The notes under the pieces: model-generated | Database searches by the model: none | What the model was told of the DNA's origin: nothing | What the model saw: only the letters and a program-made list of their open reading frames with translations | Made by a program: the position numbers and the translations under genes | Assembly (NCBI RefSeq): GCF_009914755.1 | Contig: NC_060933.1 | Strand: one strand, 5' to 3' | Length of the DNA: 64,000 nucleotides | Source of the DNA: the human T2T-CHM13v2.0 reference genome, Homo sapiens | Shown: one piece after another, positions 41,089 through 54,935 of the stretch | Layout: every line of letters starts with the position of its first letter | How positions within the stretch are numbered: the stretch's first letter is position 1

Positions 41089-44000
41089 ATGGGCAACCTT
41101 CCACCCTCCATTCCTCCTTCTACTCCCTTGGCCTGTGTTCTCAAAAACTTAAAACCTCTTCAACTCACACCTGACCTAAAACCTAAATGTCTTATTTTCT
41201 TCTGCAATGCCGCTTGACCCCAATACAAACTCGACAGTAGTTCCAAATAGCCAGAAAATGGCACTTTGAATTTTTCCATCCTGTAAGATCTAAATAATTC
41301 TTGTCGTAAAATAGGCAAATGGTCTGAGGTGCCTGACGTCGAGGCATTATTTTACACATCAGTCCCTTTGCCCAGTGCAACTCGTCCCAAATCTTCCTTC
41401 TTTCCCTCCCGCCTGTCCCCTCAGTACCAACCCCAAGCATCGCTGAGTCTTTCTAATCTTCATTTTCTACAGACCCATCTGACCTCTCTCTTCCTCCCCA
41501 GGCTGCTCCTCGCCAGGCCGAGCTAGGTCCCAATTCTTCCTCAGCCTCTGCTCCTCCACCCTATAATCTTTTTATCACCTCCCCTCCTCACACCTGGTCT
41601 GGCTTACAGATTCCTTCTGTGACTAGCCCTCCCCCTCCTGCCCAGCAATTTACTCTTAAAAAGGTGGCTGGAGCTAAAGGCATAGTCAAGGTTGATGCTC
41701 CTTTTTCTTTATCCCAAATCAGATAGCGTTTAGGCTCTTTTTCATCAAATATAAAAATCCAGCCCAGTTCATGACTTGTTTGGCAGCAACCCTGAGACAC
41801 TTTACAGCCCTAGAACCTAAAAGGTCAAAAGGCAGTCTTATTCTCAAAATACATTTTATTACCCAATCTGCTCCCGACATTAAATAAAACTCCAAAAATT
41901 AAATTCCGGCCCTCAAACCCCACAACAGGATTTAATTAACCTCGCCTTCAAGGTGTACAATAATAGAAAAAAGTTGCAATTCCTTGCCTCCACTGTGAGA
42001 CAAACCCCAGCCACATCTCCAGCACACAAGAACTTCCAAACGCCTAAACTGCACAGCGGCCAGGCGTTCCTCCAGAACCTCCTCCCCCAGGAGCTTGCTA
42101 CATGTGCTGGAAATCTGGCCACTGGGCCAAGGAATGCCCGCAGCCCAGGATTCCTCCTAAGCCACGTCCCATCTGTGTGGGACCCCACTGAAAATTGGAC
42201 TGTTCAACTCACCTGGCAGCCACTCCCAGAGCCCCTGGAACTCTGGCCCAAGGCTCTCTGACTGACTCCTTCCCAGATCTTCTCGGCTTAGCGGCTAAAG
42301 ACTGACTGCCCGATCGCCTCGGAAGCCCCCTAGACCATCACGGACGCCGAGCTTTAGGTAACTCTCACAGTAGAGGGTAAGTCCGTCCCCTTGTTAATCA
42401 ATACGGAGGCTACCCACTCCACATTACCTTCTTTTCAAGGGCCTGTTTCCCTTGACTCCATAACTGTTGTGGGTATTGACGGCCAGGCTTCTAAACCTCT
42501 TAAAACTCCCCAACTCTGGTGCCAACGTAGACAATACTCTTTTAAGCACTCCTTTTTAGTTTTCCCCACCTGCCCAGTTCCCTTATTAGGCTGAGACACT
42601 TTACCTAAATTATCTGCTTCCCTGACTATCCCTGGACTACAGCTATATCTCATTGCCGCCCTTCTTCCCAACCCAAAGCCTCCTTTGCGTCCTCCTCTTG
42701 TATCCCCCCCACCTTAACCCACAAGTATAAGATACCTCTACTCCCTCCTTGGTGACCGATCATGCACCCCTTACCATCTCATTAAAACCTAATCACCCTT
42801 ACCCCACTCAATGCCAATATCCCATCCCACAGCATGCTTTAAAAAGATTAAATCCTGTTATCACTCGCCTGCTACAGCATGGCCTTTTAAAGCCTATAAA
42901 CTCTCCTTACAATTCCCCCATTTTACCTGTCCTAAAACCAGACAAGCCTTACAAGTTAGTTCAGGATCTGCACCTTATCAACCAAATCGTTTTGCCTATC
43001 CACCCCGTGGTGCCAAACCCATATACTCTCCTATCCTCAATACCTGCCTCTACAACCCATTATTCTGTTCTAGATGTCAAACATGCTTTCTTTACTATTC
43101 CTTTGCACCCTTAATCCCAGCCTCTCTTCGCTTTCACTTGGACTGACCCTGACACCCATCAAGCTCAGCAAATTACCTAGGCTGTACTGCCGCAAAGCTT
43201 CACAGACAGCCCCCATTACTTCAATCAAGCCCAAATTTCTTCCTCATCTGTTACATGTCTCGGCATAATTCTCATAAAAACACACGTGCTCTCCCTGCCA
43301 ATCATGTCCGACTGATCTCTCAAACCCAAGCACCTTCTACAAAACAACAACTCCTTTCCTTCCTAGGCATGGTTAGCACAGTCAGAATTCTTACACAAGA
43401 GCCAGGACCATACCCTGTAGCCTTTCTGTCCAAACAACTTGACCTTACTGTTTTAGCCTAGCCCTCATGTCTGCGTGCAGTGGCTGCCGCTGCTTTAATA
43501 CTTTTAGAGGCCCTCAAAATCACAAACTATGCTCAACTCACTTTCTACAGTTCTCATAACTTCCAAAATCTATTTTCTTCCTCATACCTGATACATATAC
43601 TTTCTGCTCCCCGGCTCCTTCAGCTGTACTCACTCTTTGTTGAGTCTCCCACAATTACCATTGTTCCTGGCCCAGACTTCAATCCGGCCTCCCACATTAT
43701 TCCTGATACCACACCTGACCCCCATGACTGTATCTCTCTGATCCACCTGACATTCACCCCATTTCCCCAAATTTCCTTTTTTCCTGTTCCTCACCCTGAT
43801 CACGCTTGATTTATTGATGGCGGTTCCACCAGGCCTAATTGCCACACACCAGCAAAGGCAGGTTATACTATAGTACAAGCCACTAGCCCGCCTCTTAGAA
43901 CCTCTCATTTCCTTTCCATCGTGGAAATCTATCCTCAAGGAAATAACTTCTCAGTATTCCATCTGCTATTCTACTGCTCATCAGGGATTATTCAGGCCCC

Positions 44001-44540
44001 CTCCCTTCCCTACACATGAAGCTCAAGGATTTGCCCCACCCAGGACTGGCAAATTAGCTTTACTCAACATGCCCTGAGTGAGATAACTAAAATACCGCTT
44101 AGTCTAGGTAGGTACTTTCACTGGATAGGTAGAGGCCTTTCCTACAGGGTCTGAGAAGGCCACCGCAGTCATTTCTTCCGTTCTTTCAGACATAATTCCT
44201 CAGTTTAGCCTTCCCACCTCAATACAGTCTGATAACAGACGAGCCTTTATTAGTCAAATCAGCCAAGCAGTTTTTCAGGCTCTTAGTATTCAGTGAAACC
44301 TTTATATCCCTTATGGTCCTCCGTCTTCAAGAAAAGTAGAATGGACTAAAGGTCTTTTAAAAACACACCTCACCAAGCTCAGCCACCAACTTAAAAAGGA
44401 CTGGACAATACTTTTACCACTTTCCCTTCTCAGAATTCAGGCCTGTCCTCGGAATGCTACAGGGTACAGCCCATTTAAGCTCCTGTATAGACGCTCCTTT
44501 TTATTAGGCCCCAGTCTCATTCCAGACACCAGACCAACTT
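41089..44540 (+). pseudogene. HERV-H gag-pro-pol remnants
   Basis: ATGGGCAAC gag-like start; CYMCWKSGHWAKEC zinc knuckle ~42095-42137; protease LINTEATHS; RT NSPILPVLKPDKPYKLVQDL...VLDVKHAFF; integrase IQSDN; many stops and deletions. Confidence 0.88.
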
Positions 44541-45129
44541 AGACTATGCCCCAAAAAACTTGTCATCCCTACTGTCTTCTGTCTAGTCATACTCCTAGTC
44601 ACCGTTCTCAACTACTCATACATGCCCTGCTCTTGTTTACATTGCTGGTTTACACTGTTTTTCCAAGCCATCACAGCTGATATCTCCTGGTGCTATTCCC
44701 AAACTGCCACTCTTAACTCTTGAAGTAAATAAATAATCTTTGCTGGCAGGACTATGCTGAATCTCCTTAGGCACTCTCTAATCAGATATCCTGAGTCGTC
44801 CCAATTCTTAGACCTTTTATACCTGTTTTTCTCTTTCTGTTATTCCATTTAGTTTCTCAATTCATCCAAAACCGTATCTAGGCCATCACCAATCATTCTA
44901 TACAACAAATGTTTCTTCTAACACCCCCACAATATCACCCCTTACCACAAGACCTCCCTTCAGCTTAATCTGTCCCACTCTAAGTTCCCACGCTGCCCCA
45001 ATCCCGCTTGAAGCAGCCCTGAGAAACATCGCCCATTCTCTCTCCATACCACCCCCCAAAAATTTTTGCTGCTCCAACACTTCAACACTATTTTATTTTA
45101 TTTTTCTTATTAATGTAAGAAGGCAGGAA

Positions 45130-45568
45130 TGTCAGGCCTCTGAGCCCAAGCCAAGCCATCGCATCCCCTGTGACTTGCACGTATACGCCCAGATGGCCTG
45201 AAGTAACTGAAATATCACAAAAGAAGTGAATATGCCTTGCCCCACCTTAACTGATGACATTCCACCACAAAAGAAGTGTAAATGGCCGGTCCTTGCCTTA
45301 AGTGTTGACATTACCTTGTGAAAGTCCTTTTCCTGGCTCATCCTGGCTCAAAAAGCTCCCCCCACTGAGCACCTTGCGACCCCCACTCCTGCCCACCAGA
45401 GAACCCCCCTTTGAGTGTAATTTTTCTTTACCTACCCAAATCCTATAAAACGGCCCCACCCCTATCTCCCTTCGCTGACTCTCTTTTCAGACTCAGCCCA
45501 CCTGCACCAAAGCTTTATTGCTCACACAAAGCCTGTTTGGTGGTCTCTTCACACGGACACGCATGAAA
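45130..45568 (+). promoter_or_regulatory. 3' LTR7, lacking the ATTAAA poly(A) signal
   Basis: Preceded by polypurine tract AAGAAGGCAGGAA; reads CTGCACCAAAGCTTT where the 5' LTR reads CTGCACCCAGGTGATTAAAAGCTTT. Confidence 0.93.
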
Positions 45569-46112
45569 CTGGCCCTACTGCATCTAGGGTGAAAGACGGA
45601 GCTGAATAACTTTCTGTGAGGCTAAATTTCTCCCTTGCAGTGGTCCTAGACTCAAGTGACTGTTTGTGTGACAGTTAGGACATTTCCAGGACAGCCTTTA
45701 GGGGGATTATGTGGCTGTTTCCCCTAGAGCATATGCAGCTTTGCGTCCAGTGCTGATCTAACATAGTCTCACCTCTAACAAAGCAAGGGCCTCTAACTCT
45801 TTTAAATTTCCACCTTCCATATCAGATATCTAATGTGAAAGTTCCTCACAGCTTTTTCTTGAGTTTTATTCTTTTCTCTCTCCTCACTTCCTCTTTAACA
45901 GATCTCCTCTATTCCCAAGGCAATCAAATGTATCAATTTGCTGGTGACTCCATAATTTGCGGGTAACTCAAGGCAGATCTCCCTTCTGATCTCCAAGGTG
46001 GGGTGTTTTGAAGAGTGGGGGCGATAGAAGTATAAAGTGTGTCTGGGTTCTTGATCTATTTTGAGTATACGGACAATGAAATGTCTTGGTTGCTGTAGAA
46101 AAAAGAGAAGTT

Positions 46113-46424
46113 GGTCGGATAAGGTGGCTCATGCCTGTAATCCCAGCACTTTGGGAGGCTGAGGCACGCAGATCGTTTGATCTCAGGAGCTGGTGACCAG
46201 CCTGGGGAACATGACAACACTCTGTCTCTGCAAAAAATACAAAAAAAAAAAGAAAAAAAATTAGCCAGATGCGGTGGTGCACACCTATGGTCCCAGCTAC
46301 TCTGGAGTCTGAGGTGGGAGGATCATGTGAGCCTGGGAGGTCGAGGTTGCAGTGAGCCGTGATCATGCCACTGCCCTTAAGCCTGGGTGGCAGAGTGAGA
46401 CCTTACCTTAAAAAAAAAGAAAAG
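46113..46424 (+). mobile_element. AluJ-type SINE
   Basis: Full dimer with J diagnostics (GGAGGATC...GAGCCTGGGAGGTCGAGG). Confidence 0.9.
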
Positions 46425-46429
46425 AGGAA

Positions 46430-46680
46430 TCAGCAAGAATCTTAAGCTTTTTGCCTTGAGTAAATGATTGAAAAGAGTTTCCGTTTGAGGTGAGGAAGAT
46501 TGTGAGATGACCAAGTTTGGCAGAGAGGGTCAAGAGTTTACTTTGAGATGCCTAGTAAGTCATCTAAGAGGGCTTGAGAAGGCAGGTCTCTACTGGAACA
46601 GAGAGAAAGGAGAGAGTTCTGACAGTGGTCAACACAGAATTCATGGGACAGGACAAGGTCACCAGTAGAATAATATAAAT
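46430..46680 (-). mobile_element. L2 relic
   Basis: TTTGAGATGCCTAGTAAGTCATCTAAG...GGACAAGGTCACC antisense L2 phrases. Confidence 0.5.
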
Positions 46681-48269
46681 GCATTAGGTATATTTGTATA
46701 ATGTTTGTATGTTTCAAACATTATATACCATTTATTTATAATATTCACATAGACACGTATATGTCTAATGTAAATGCATGTAATCTATGTTAGTAATATT
46801 TCCGCGTCTTAGGATCATATTGCATCATTACTTTTAAAAATGGTTGTATGATTTACACTCCCTTTGTTGGTCTATAAATATATCCATTTCTCTCTAGAAC
46901 AGTGGTTTTTACTTTGTTATCACAACCCAAGTGGGTTTAAGATACCCAGAAACTGGTGAAATGTTGTATTTATCTGCAGGCCAAAAGATGGCAGTTCTCC
47001 AAGATTATGAACAGTTCAGAGATGTTTAACCTCATATATATGAGATGAGCTCAAGGGATTTTTTCCTTGAGTTTAAAAGATTAACTCCAAGGGAACTATC
47101 CTTGTTCAAATAGCCACTGTGAAAATCTTATGGAGATTGGGGTGACACACTTCTCCAGGGCTAAAGAAGAGACTCAGTCTCCCTGATACTGCCGCACGCT
47201 AAATTGTGAGCAGCAATAAGAAAACCAGAAAATACACTATTTTAAGACGATGGATTTCCACTTATAAATAGGTAATGGAGTTTCTTAAGTCCATTTTTTT
47301 GTTATCATTACACCAAGTCATTATAAGCCCGTATTTATGACTGACACAGATTTGGTAAATAGATTAGTGTCCCTTTGGCTAGTATTTTCTCTGCCCTGTG
47401 CCCCAGTTATCCCATTCCTTTACATTTACCATGCCTGGGAGTTAGGCTGGTTTCCTACGAGCTTGGGAAATGAGTCAATGATTGTTAAGTGATCATTCTC
47501 TCCAGGACAGCATTTTCAAGCTTGGGGAAGTAGTTGAAATTTATAGTAATACTATACCTTTAGAGAGCATCTTTCTCTTAGGAACTTGCTGTATTTTACA
47601 GGCATTCAGCTGGACTCTCCCCAGGACTCAGGAAAAACTGGTAACAGTAATGACATATACAAATACCTATAAACTTTAATGATAGGGGCAGCTACTGTCC
47701 TAGGAAGGAAAATGTCTACTTTGAGTGTAGTATTTCTGTTTGATGCAAAACCGCTGAGAGACTCCACTGTTGCAGCCTGAGCATCTCCCCCAAACCCTAG
47801 AGGCTGAGCTGCATTGTGGCACTGAGTGGATTTCCCTTTGCAAAATATTAGAGGGAAAATAGTTCTCATCGGTGCTGTAATGTGGGGATATCACCCTACA
47901 GATTGCAGGTTCAACAATTATTTATTGAGTGACTCCTAAGCCGGGTCCTCTTGTGACAGACCTAGTCCCCGGCCAAATGCCTAGATTCTAAGACATGATT
48001 CCCAACCATGCACCCACAAAGTCTTGCTAGGCGGGCTACATGACAATTGACTGAGGAGGTAATGTAGTAGAGATTCCAGAGTCCTGCCTCTAGTAGGTCT
48101 AGGTGGGTTCCAGGGTTTTGCCTTCTTAACACAATCCATTTAATAAAAAAGTGATTTCATTGAGCTATTGTATCCAGGAGTTCTTATTGATTTGTTACAT
48201 ATGATAGCATTATACTGTCAACAATTTGGAAAAAGTAAGCTGTAGAAGTACCATATTGCTGAACTGGCA

Positions 48270-48480
48270 GGAGGTAGTATTGTGCAGTGGTAAAAGTTAG
48301 ATTTTGGAATTAGACTGTTTGAATCCCTTCTTTTCCTCTTACTAATTAGGTGACATTTGGCAAGCCACTCAAGAGCCTTAGCATCAGCTTTAGCATACAG
48401 TTATCATTTCTATTTTATAAGTTGTTTTGCTGATTAAATAAGATATTGGATGAAAAGTGTGACAATGAGTAGCCTATTAA
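48270..48480 (+). mobile_element. MIR relic
   Basis: GTGCAGTGGTAAAAG...TTTGGAATTAGACTGTTTGAATCCC...CTTACTAATTAGGTGAC. Confidence 0.6.
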
Positions 48481-50029
48481 TGGTGGTTATCATTGTTGCT
48501 ATCATTCTTGGTAACTCAAAAGAAAATCAAACCATCCATATGCATCTCCCAATTAAAATATGGGCTTCTCCCTTATCACCCCATAGTGGCAGATATCAAT
48601 CAGACATACACACACTCATACTTCCATAAGTGGAAATTATGACCCATAGCTCATCTCAAATAGCATTCTCTTTTTAGTCTTAGTCTAATTTTTTTGTTTT
48701 AAGGTACAAGTTAAAAGAAGACAATCTTGTTCACATATGAATTCCTAGGTTATATTTCCTCTAAGAAAATGTTGGTATCATTAGCTTTGAGTTTTTCTGA
48801 GCAAGGGCATAGGGCCTCTTATATAAAGACCCTATTCATGATTGTATCCAATGTTAGCATGGAAACACTGATCAGACAATATATTCTATTCTAGGACCCT
48901 AGATTTTTCTCCTGAGAAAGACAGGAAAAGTGATGAGACACTTCCTGAAAAATCAATGGACACCACGTAAAAACTGCAGGAGAAAGATCCCTTAAGATTT
49001 TTTATGATATGTGGCTTGCTGCCTATTAGTTTTAGCCAGTACCAGTTACAACAACACATGCCCCCTAGGGGAGAAAAAGAATGTAAGTTCCAAGACAAAA
49101 TGCAGAACAGAGCCTCCTCCACTGAGCCAGGAAGGAGATGGTTAACAGATCTAGGATTCTTTCCCTGTTAACATCATCTGTGAGGATGTTTTATAGACCC
49201 AGCAAGTAAAACAGGCCAGGTTCCCTTTAACACAGCTGAGGCTACCAGCCTCTGGAGGGATTCTGCAAATCATCCCTCTTAGTTCTATGTTCTTCAGAAG
49301 GCAGAAGGAAGGGGGCAAAAGTTGGAGAAAGCAACCAGGGAGGAAAGAGGTGGGGAACAGATGTAAACAGTAAGAAAAATGCACCTAGCATTTATCAACA
49401 TATTTTAAAGACTGGTTTCACAGATGTCTGATCTAAAAAGTGTGCAGTAGGCATTTTCTGCTGTTTGTCACCATGTCACCATGATTTTAGCATTTTTAAA
49501 TTTCTACCATACTGTATTTAAAAATGTTCAATATTTCATTTATTCATTTACTCACTCATTCATTCACCAAAAATTTCTTGAGGCATTTTCTATAAGACAA
49601 ACAATGAGACATTAGAGCACATACATGCCCCTTATAGATCACAGTACAATTGGGAGGTGGAGACATAGCCAGATAATTATCCTGTGGTTAGATATGTATG
49701 AGAGCAGAAGCTGCCAGGCCTGGAAACAGAACTTAAATGATTTGGGAAAAGTGAAGAACATTTCCATGTTGATGGGCCATTGGGCCATTGGGTGGGCAGG
49801 AAGGGAGGGGGCCTCTCACTGGGATCATGCTGGAGAGAGTAGACTTTATCTCATGCAAATAGGGAAAATACTGAATTTTCTATTTGTTAGGCAGAGAAAT
49901 GGTATGTTCATTAAGTAGTTTACACATTTTTAACAAAATAAAGGATAGAGATCACGGGGACAACGGTGAAGAAGAAATCAATTAAAAGGACATGAACACT
50001 AACTAGAAACCTGCCAACCTGCAGGCAGA

Positions 50030-50260
50030 GTGCTGGGTGCTTCCATAAAGACAATTATTTATGAAATTCACACCCCCCCGACCCCAAACTGCTATGTAGC
50101 AATAATTCCTTCCATATCCAGATAAGAGAGTTGAGGCTGGTCAAGTTTATGCAACTGGCCCAAGCTGCCAAGTTAATAAACAGCTGCTGTAGAATCCAAA
50201 CCTAAGGTTCTCTGATGTGAAAAGCCATACTCCTTACTCTCTCAACCATGCTGCCCAGGA
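50030..50260 (-). mobile_element. MIR relic
   Basis: CCAGATAAGAGAGTTGAGGCT...GCCCAAGCTGCCAAGTTAATAAA...GAATCCAAACC. Confidence 0.55.
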
Positions 50261-51355
50261 GTAAATTGCACCAGGTCAGGATTTCACAGGGTTTGAGGGA
50301 TGATGAGAATCTGTCAGTAACTTAAAAGAAGGCTTGAAACAACAAAGTGAAATACAGTCTAACTGCAACAGTTGAATAAGACCCCAATTCTTAATCTTCC
50401 TGTCACAGAAGACAAGGAAGGATGGTCGGGATTAACACAGTTGGCAATCTCAGCAGCCCGCCATCAGCTGCACACTCCAAGAACACACAGAACAGCACTT
50501 AGTCCTACCCAAGCCATTGTGACTGACAAGAGAAGTGCTCTGTCTTCTGAGCATGCACAACACGGATGATTTTTCCACATGAATTATTCATTCAAAGCTT
50601 CCAACAAAAAAATTTCATTGCTTTTCATTCAGCAAGGGGGCTGTGAGGAGGGGGATTAGAAGTGTGGAGGTGATGGGAAGGAAGTTGACGTTACTTAACA
50701 GACAGAGGTGCTATAATAAAAAGCTTTAAGGCAACAGTTACTAAATAAAGGAAAGCCTACTCAAATATGCAATTTAAAAAGAATAGAAATTGATTGGTGA
50801 AAAAAAAGTCAGGGATCACAAATACAAGTTGGTTTAGTACCTAAGGTATGAGAAGAATGTAAAGAAGAAACAACTTTCTGAAGATAGTCATGGTTTCTTA
50901 AAAAGTCAAATAATTACTAAAGATTCAAATGAACTCTTTGATGAACACTGAATTGCATGCCGTAGTATCACTGGGAAATTTACTAGCCATAAGAAATCTC
51001 AGGCAGATGGTGTTTTAAAATTGTTTTCCTCCCAAAGGAAAGAGGCAATTCAGGAATTGTCTTTCAAGGATATCTTTAGGACACATAAATAAAACAGACA
51101 GTAAAACATAAATCAGAAAAATTAAGGGCTTATATGACATAGGGCTTAATATATCAAAATCTTACAAATCAGTCATAACACTTTAAACTTCTTAATTAAA
51201 ATGGGGTAAGGATATTAACAAATAACTCACAAAAAGAGGATATCAATTGGTCAATAAAATTTTACATGAAAGAATTCCCAAAAGCAATAATCACAGAAAT
51301 TCAAATGAAAAGAATAATTTCAGATACTACTTATTTAGGCAATTCAATTGGCTGT

Positions 51356-54300
51356 TTTTATTGTATTATTATTTATTTTAATTTTAGATTCAAAGGGTAC
51401 ATAGCAGGCTTGTTACATGGATATATTGCGTGATGCTGAGGTTTGGGCTTCTACTGATTCTATCTCCCAAGTAGTGAAAATAGTACCCAATAGGTAGTTT
51501 TTCAATCCTTGCTCTCCTTCCTTTCTGCCTTTTGGAACCCCCAATGTTTTATTGTTCCCATGTTTGTGACCATGTGTCCCCAATGTTTAGTTCCCACTTT
51601 AAGTGAGAACATGCAGTATTTTGTTTTCTGTTTCTGTGTTAATTTGCTCAGAATAATGGCCTCCAGCTGCATCCATGTTGCTGCAAAGGACATTATTTCA
51701 TTCCTTTTTATGGTTGTGTAGTATTCCATGGTGTATATGTACCACATTTTCTTTATCAAATCTACCTTTGATGTACATCTAGGTTGATTCTATGTCTTTG
51801 CTTTTATGAATAGTGCTGTGATACATGTACAAGTGGTGGTGTCTTTTTGGTGGAATGATTTATTTTCCTTTGGGTATATATACAGTAAAGGGATTGCTGG
51901 GTTGAATGGTAGTTCTGATTTTAGTTTGTTGAGATAGTTCTATTTTTAGTTATTTGAGAAATCTCCAAACTGCTGTCCACAGGAGCTGAACTAATCTGCA
52001 TTCACGCTTATACGGTTTGGCTCTGCATTCCCACCCAAATCTCATGTTAAATTTTAATTTCAATGTTCGGGGATGGACCTGGTGGGAGGTGATTGGATCA
52101 TGGAGGCAGATTTCCCCCTTGCTGTTCTTGTGATAGTGAGTGAGTTCTCATGAGATCTGGTTGTTTAAAAGTATATAGCACCTCCCCTTTCACTCTGTCT
52201 CCTGCTGGCCATGTGAAGATATGCTTGCTTCCCCTTTGCCTTCCACCATGACTGTAAGTTTCCTGAGGCCTCCTAGCCATGCTTTGTGTACAGCCTGAAG
52301 AACTGTGAGCCAATTAAAGCTCATTTCTTTATAAATTACCCAGTCTCAGGTAGTTCTTCATAGAAATGTGAATGGACTAATATACCCATCAACAGTCTGT
52401 AAGTGTTCCCTTTCTTCCACAACCTCATGAACACCTGTTATTTTTCTTTTGACTTTTTAACAATAGCTTATATTAGCTGGTGTGAGATGGTATCTCATTA
52501 TAGTTTTGATCTACATCTCTCTGATGATTAGTGACGTTGAGCATTTTTTCATGTTTGTAGGCCAGTTGCATGTCTTCTTTTGAGAAGTGTCTGTTTATGT
52601 TCTTTGCCTACTTTTTAATTAGGTTATTTGTTTGTTTCTTGTTGATTTAAGTTCCTTATAGGTTCTGGACAGTGTCGTTTGTCAGATGTATAGTTTGCAA
52701 GTATTTTCTTCTGTTTTGTAGGTTGTCTGTTTACTCTGTTAATAGCTTATTTTGCTATGCAAAAGCTCTTTAGTTTAATTAGGCCCCAATTGTAGTTTTA
52801 TTTTTGTTGCATTTGCTTCTGAAGATGTAGTCATAAATTTTTTGCCTAGGCCAATGTCTAGAATAGTATTTCCTAGGTTTTCTTCTAGCATTTCTATTGT
52901 TTGAGGTCTTACACTTAAGTTTTTAATCTATCCTGAGTTAATTTTTATATATCATAAGAGGTGGGGGTCCAGTTTCATTTTTCTACATATGGTTAGCCAG
53001 TTTTCTTAGTACCACTTATTGAACAGGGTATCCATTCCCCATTGTTTATTTTTGTTAACTTTGTTGAATAGTGGTTGATGTAGGTGTGTGGCTTTATTTC
53101 AGGTGTTTCTATTTTGTTCCATTGGTCTATGTGTCTATTTTTGCGTCAATACAATGCTGTTTCAGTTAGTATAGCCTTGCAGTACAGTTTGAAGTCAGGT
53201 AATGTGATGCCTCCAGCTATCCTTTTTGCTTAGGATTGCCTTGGCTATTTGGTCTCTTTTTCAGTTCCATAAGAATGTTAGAATAGTGTTTTCCTGATTC
53301 TGTGAAGAATTAGGTTAGTAATTTGATAGGAATAGCATTGAATCTGTAGATTGATTTGGGCAGTATGGACATTTTAATGATACTGATTCTTCCAGTCCAT
53401 GAGAATGGAAGGCTTTTCCATTTGTTTGTGTCATCTATGATTTCTTTCAACAGTGTTTTGTAGCTTTACTTGTAGAGATTTTTCATCTCATTGGTAAGAG
53501 GTATTCCTAGGTATTTTACCTTTTTTGTGGCAATTGTATATGTGATTGTACTGTTGACTTACTTCTCAGCTTGAACCTTATTGGTATATAGATATGCTGC
53601 CAATTTTTATACATTGATATTGTATCCTGAGACTTGCCAAAATTGTTTATCAGACCAGGACATCTTTTCGAAAATCTTTAGGTTTTTCTAGGTATAGAAT
53701 CATATTTTCAGTGAGGCGAGATAATTTGACTTCCTCTTTTCCTATGTGGATGCCTTATATTTCTTTGTCTTGCCTGATTGCTCTGGTTAGGACTTCCAGT
53801 ACTGTGTTGAATAAGAATATCGAGAATGGATATCCTTTGTTTCTTCCAGTTCTTAAGGAGAAAGCTTCCACTTTTTGCATATTTAGTATGATGTTGTCTG
53901 TGGGTTTGTCAGAGATTGTTTTGATTATATTGAGGTATGTTCCTTTGATGCCTAGTTTGTTGAGGGTTTTTATTGTAAAGGTATGTTGGATTTTATCCAA
54001 AGCTTTTCCATGTCTATTGAGATGATCATACATTTTTTTAAAAATTAGGTTTATGTGTTGAATCATATTTATGGATTCATGTACATTGAACCCTCCTTGC
54101 ATCCCAAGATTCAAGCACACTTGATGGTGGTGAATTAACTTTTTGATGAGCTGCTGGATTTGGTTTGCTAATACTTTACTGAGGATTTTTGAGTTTATAT
54201 TCATCAGGGATATTGACCTGTAGTTTTCTTTATTGGTTGTGTCTTTGCTAGAATTTGGTGTCAGGATGAAACTGGTTTTGTAGAAAGAGTTAGGGAAGAG

Positions 54301-54935
54301 TCCTTCCTCCTCAATTTTTTGGAATAGTTTCAGTAGGATTGGTACCAGTTCTTTGCACATCTGGTATATAGAATTTGGCTGTGAATCCATTTGGTCTGGG
54401 GATTTTTTTGGAGGGTAAGTTTTTTATTACTGATTCAATTTCTCATTATTAGTATTTTCAGGATTTCTGGTTCTTCCTGGTTCAATCTTTGGAGCTTGTA
54501 TGTACCCAGGAATTTATCTATTTCTTCGAGATGTTTTAGTTTGTGCACATAGAGAAGTTCATAGTAATCTCCGAGGATCGTCTGTATTTTCCATGGGATC
54601 AACTGTAATGTCCCCTTTGTCAGTTCTGATTGTGCTTATTTAGTTCTTGTCTCATTTTTTCATTGTTAATCTAGCTAGAGTCTATCAATCTTGCTTATGT
54701 TTTCCAATAACCAAGTTTTTGTTTCGTAGTTCCTTTGTATGGATTTTTGAGTCTCAATATCATTAAGTTCTGCTCTGATTTTAGTTATTTCTTTTCTTCT
54801 GCTGGCTTTGGGATTAGTTTGTTTTTATTTTTCTAATTCCTTTAGGTGTGAGGTTAGGTTGATAATTTGAGATCTTTCTGTCCTCTTGATGTAGGCATTT
54901 AGCACTATAAACTTTCCTCTTAACACTGCTTTTGT
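51356..54935 (-). mobile_element. 5'-truncated L1PA16-like LINE-1 (ORF2 RT to 3'UTR)
   Basis: Antisense 3'UTR TTTTAGATTCAAAGGGTAC...GATGCTGAGGTTTGGGCTTCTA; minus ORFs 53755-54390 ([17 protein letters not shown]...) and 51502-51759 (IKKMWYIYTMEYY...). Confidence 0.9.
52007..52384 (+). mobile_element. MSTA-like solo LTR nested in the L1
   Basis: TACGGTTTGGCTCTG...CCCAAATCTCATGTT ... GGACTAATATA; L1 sequence continues across it. Confidence 0.88.

Larger units (their letters stand above)
39713..45568 (+). mobile_element. HERV-H provirus (internally deleted ~5.9 kb type) with two LTR7
   Basis: Direct LTRs 39713-40161 and 45130-45568; 5-bp TSD CTGGC; tRNA-His PBS; gag zinc knuckle, protease, RT and integrase remnants; no long env ORF. 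Confidence 0.97.

Noticed and set aside
42391-43809. HERV-H protease/RT ORFs as functional genes
   Set aside because: Protease reads NTEA rather than DTGA, no YxDD RT motif is visible, and frames are broken by stops and deletions
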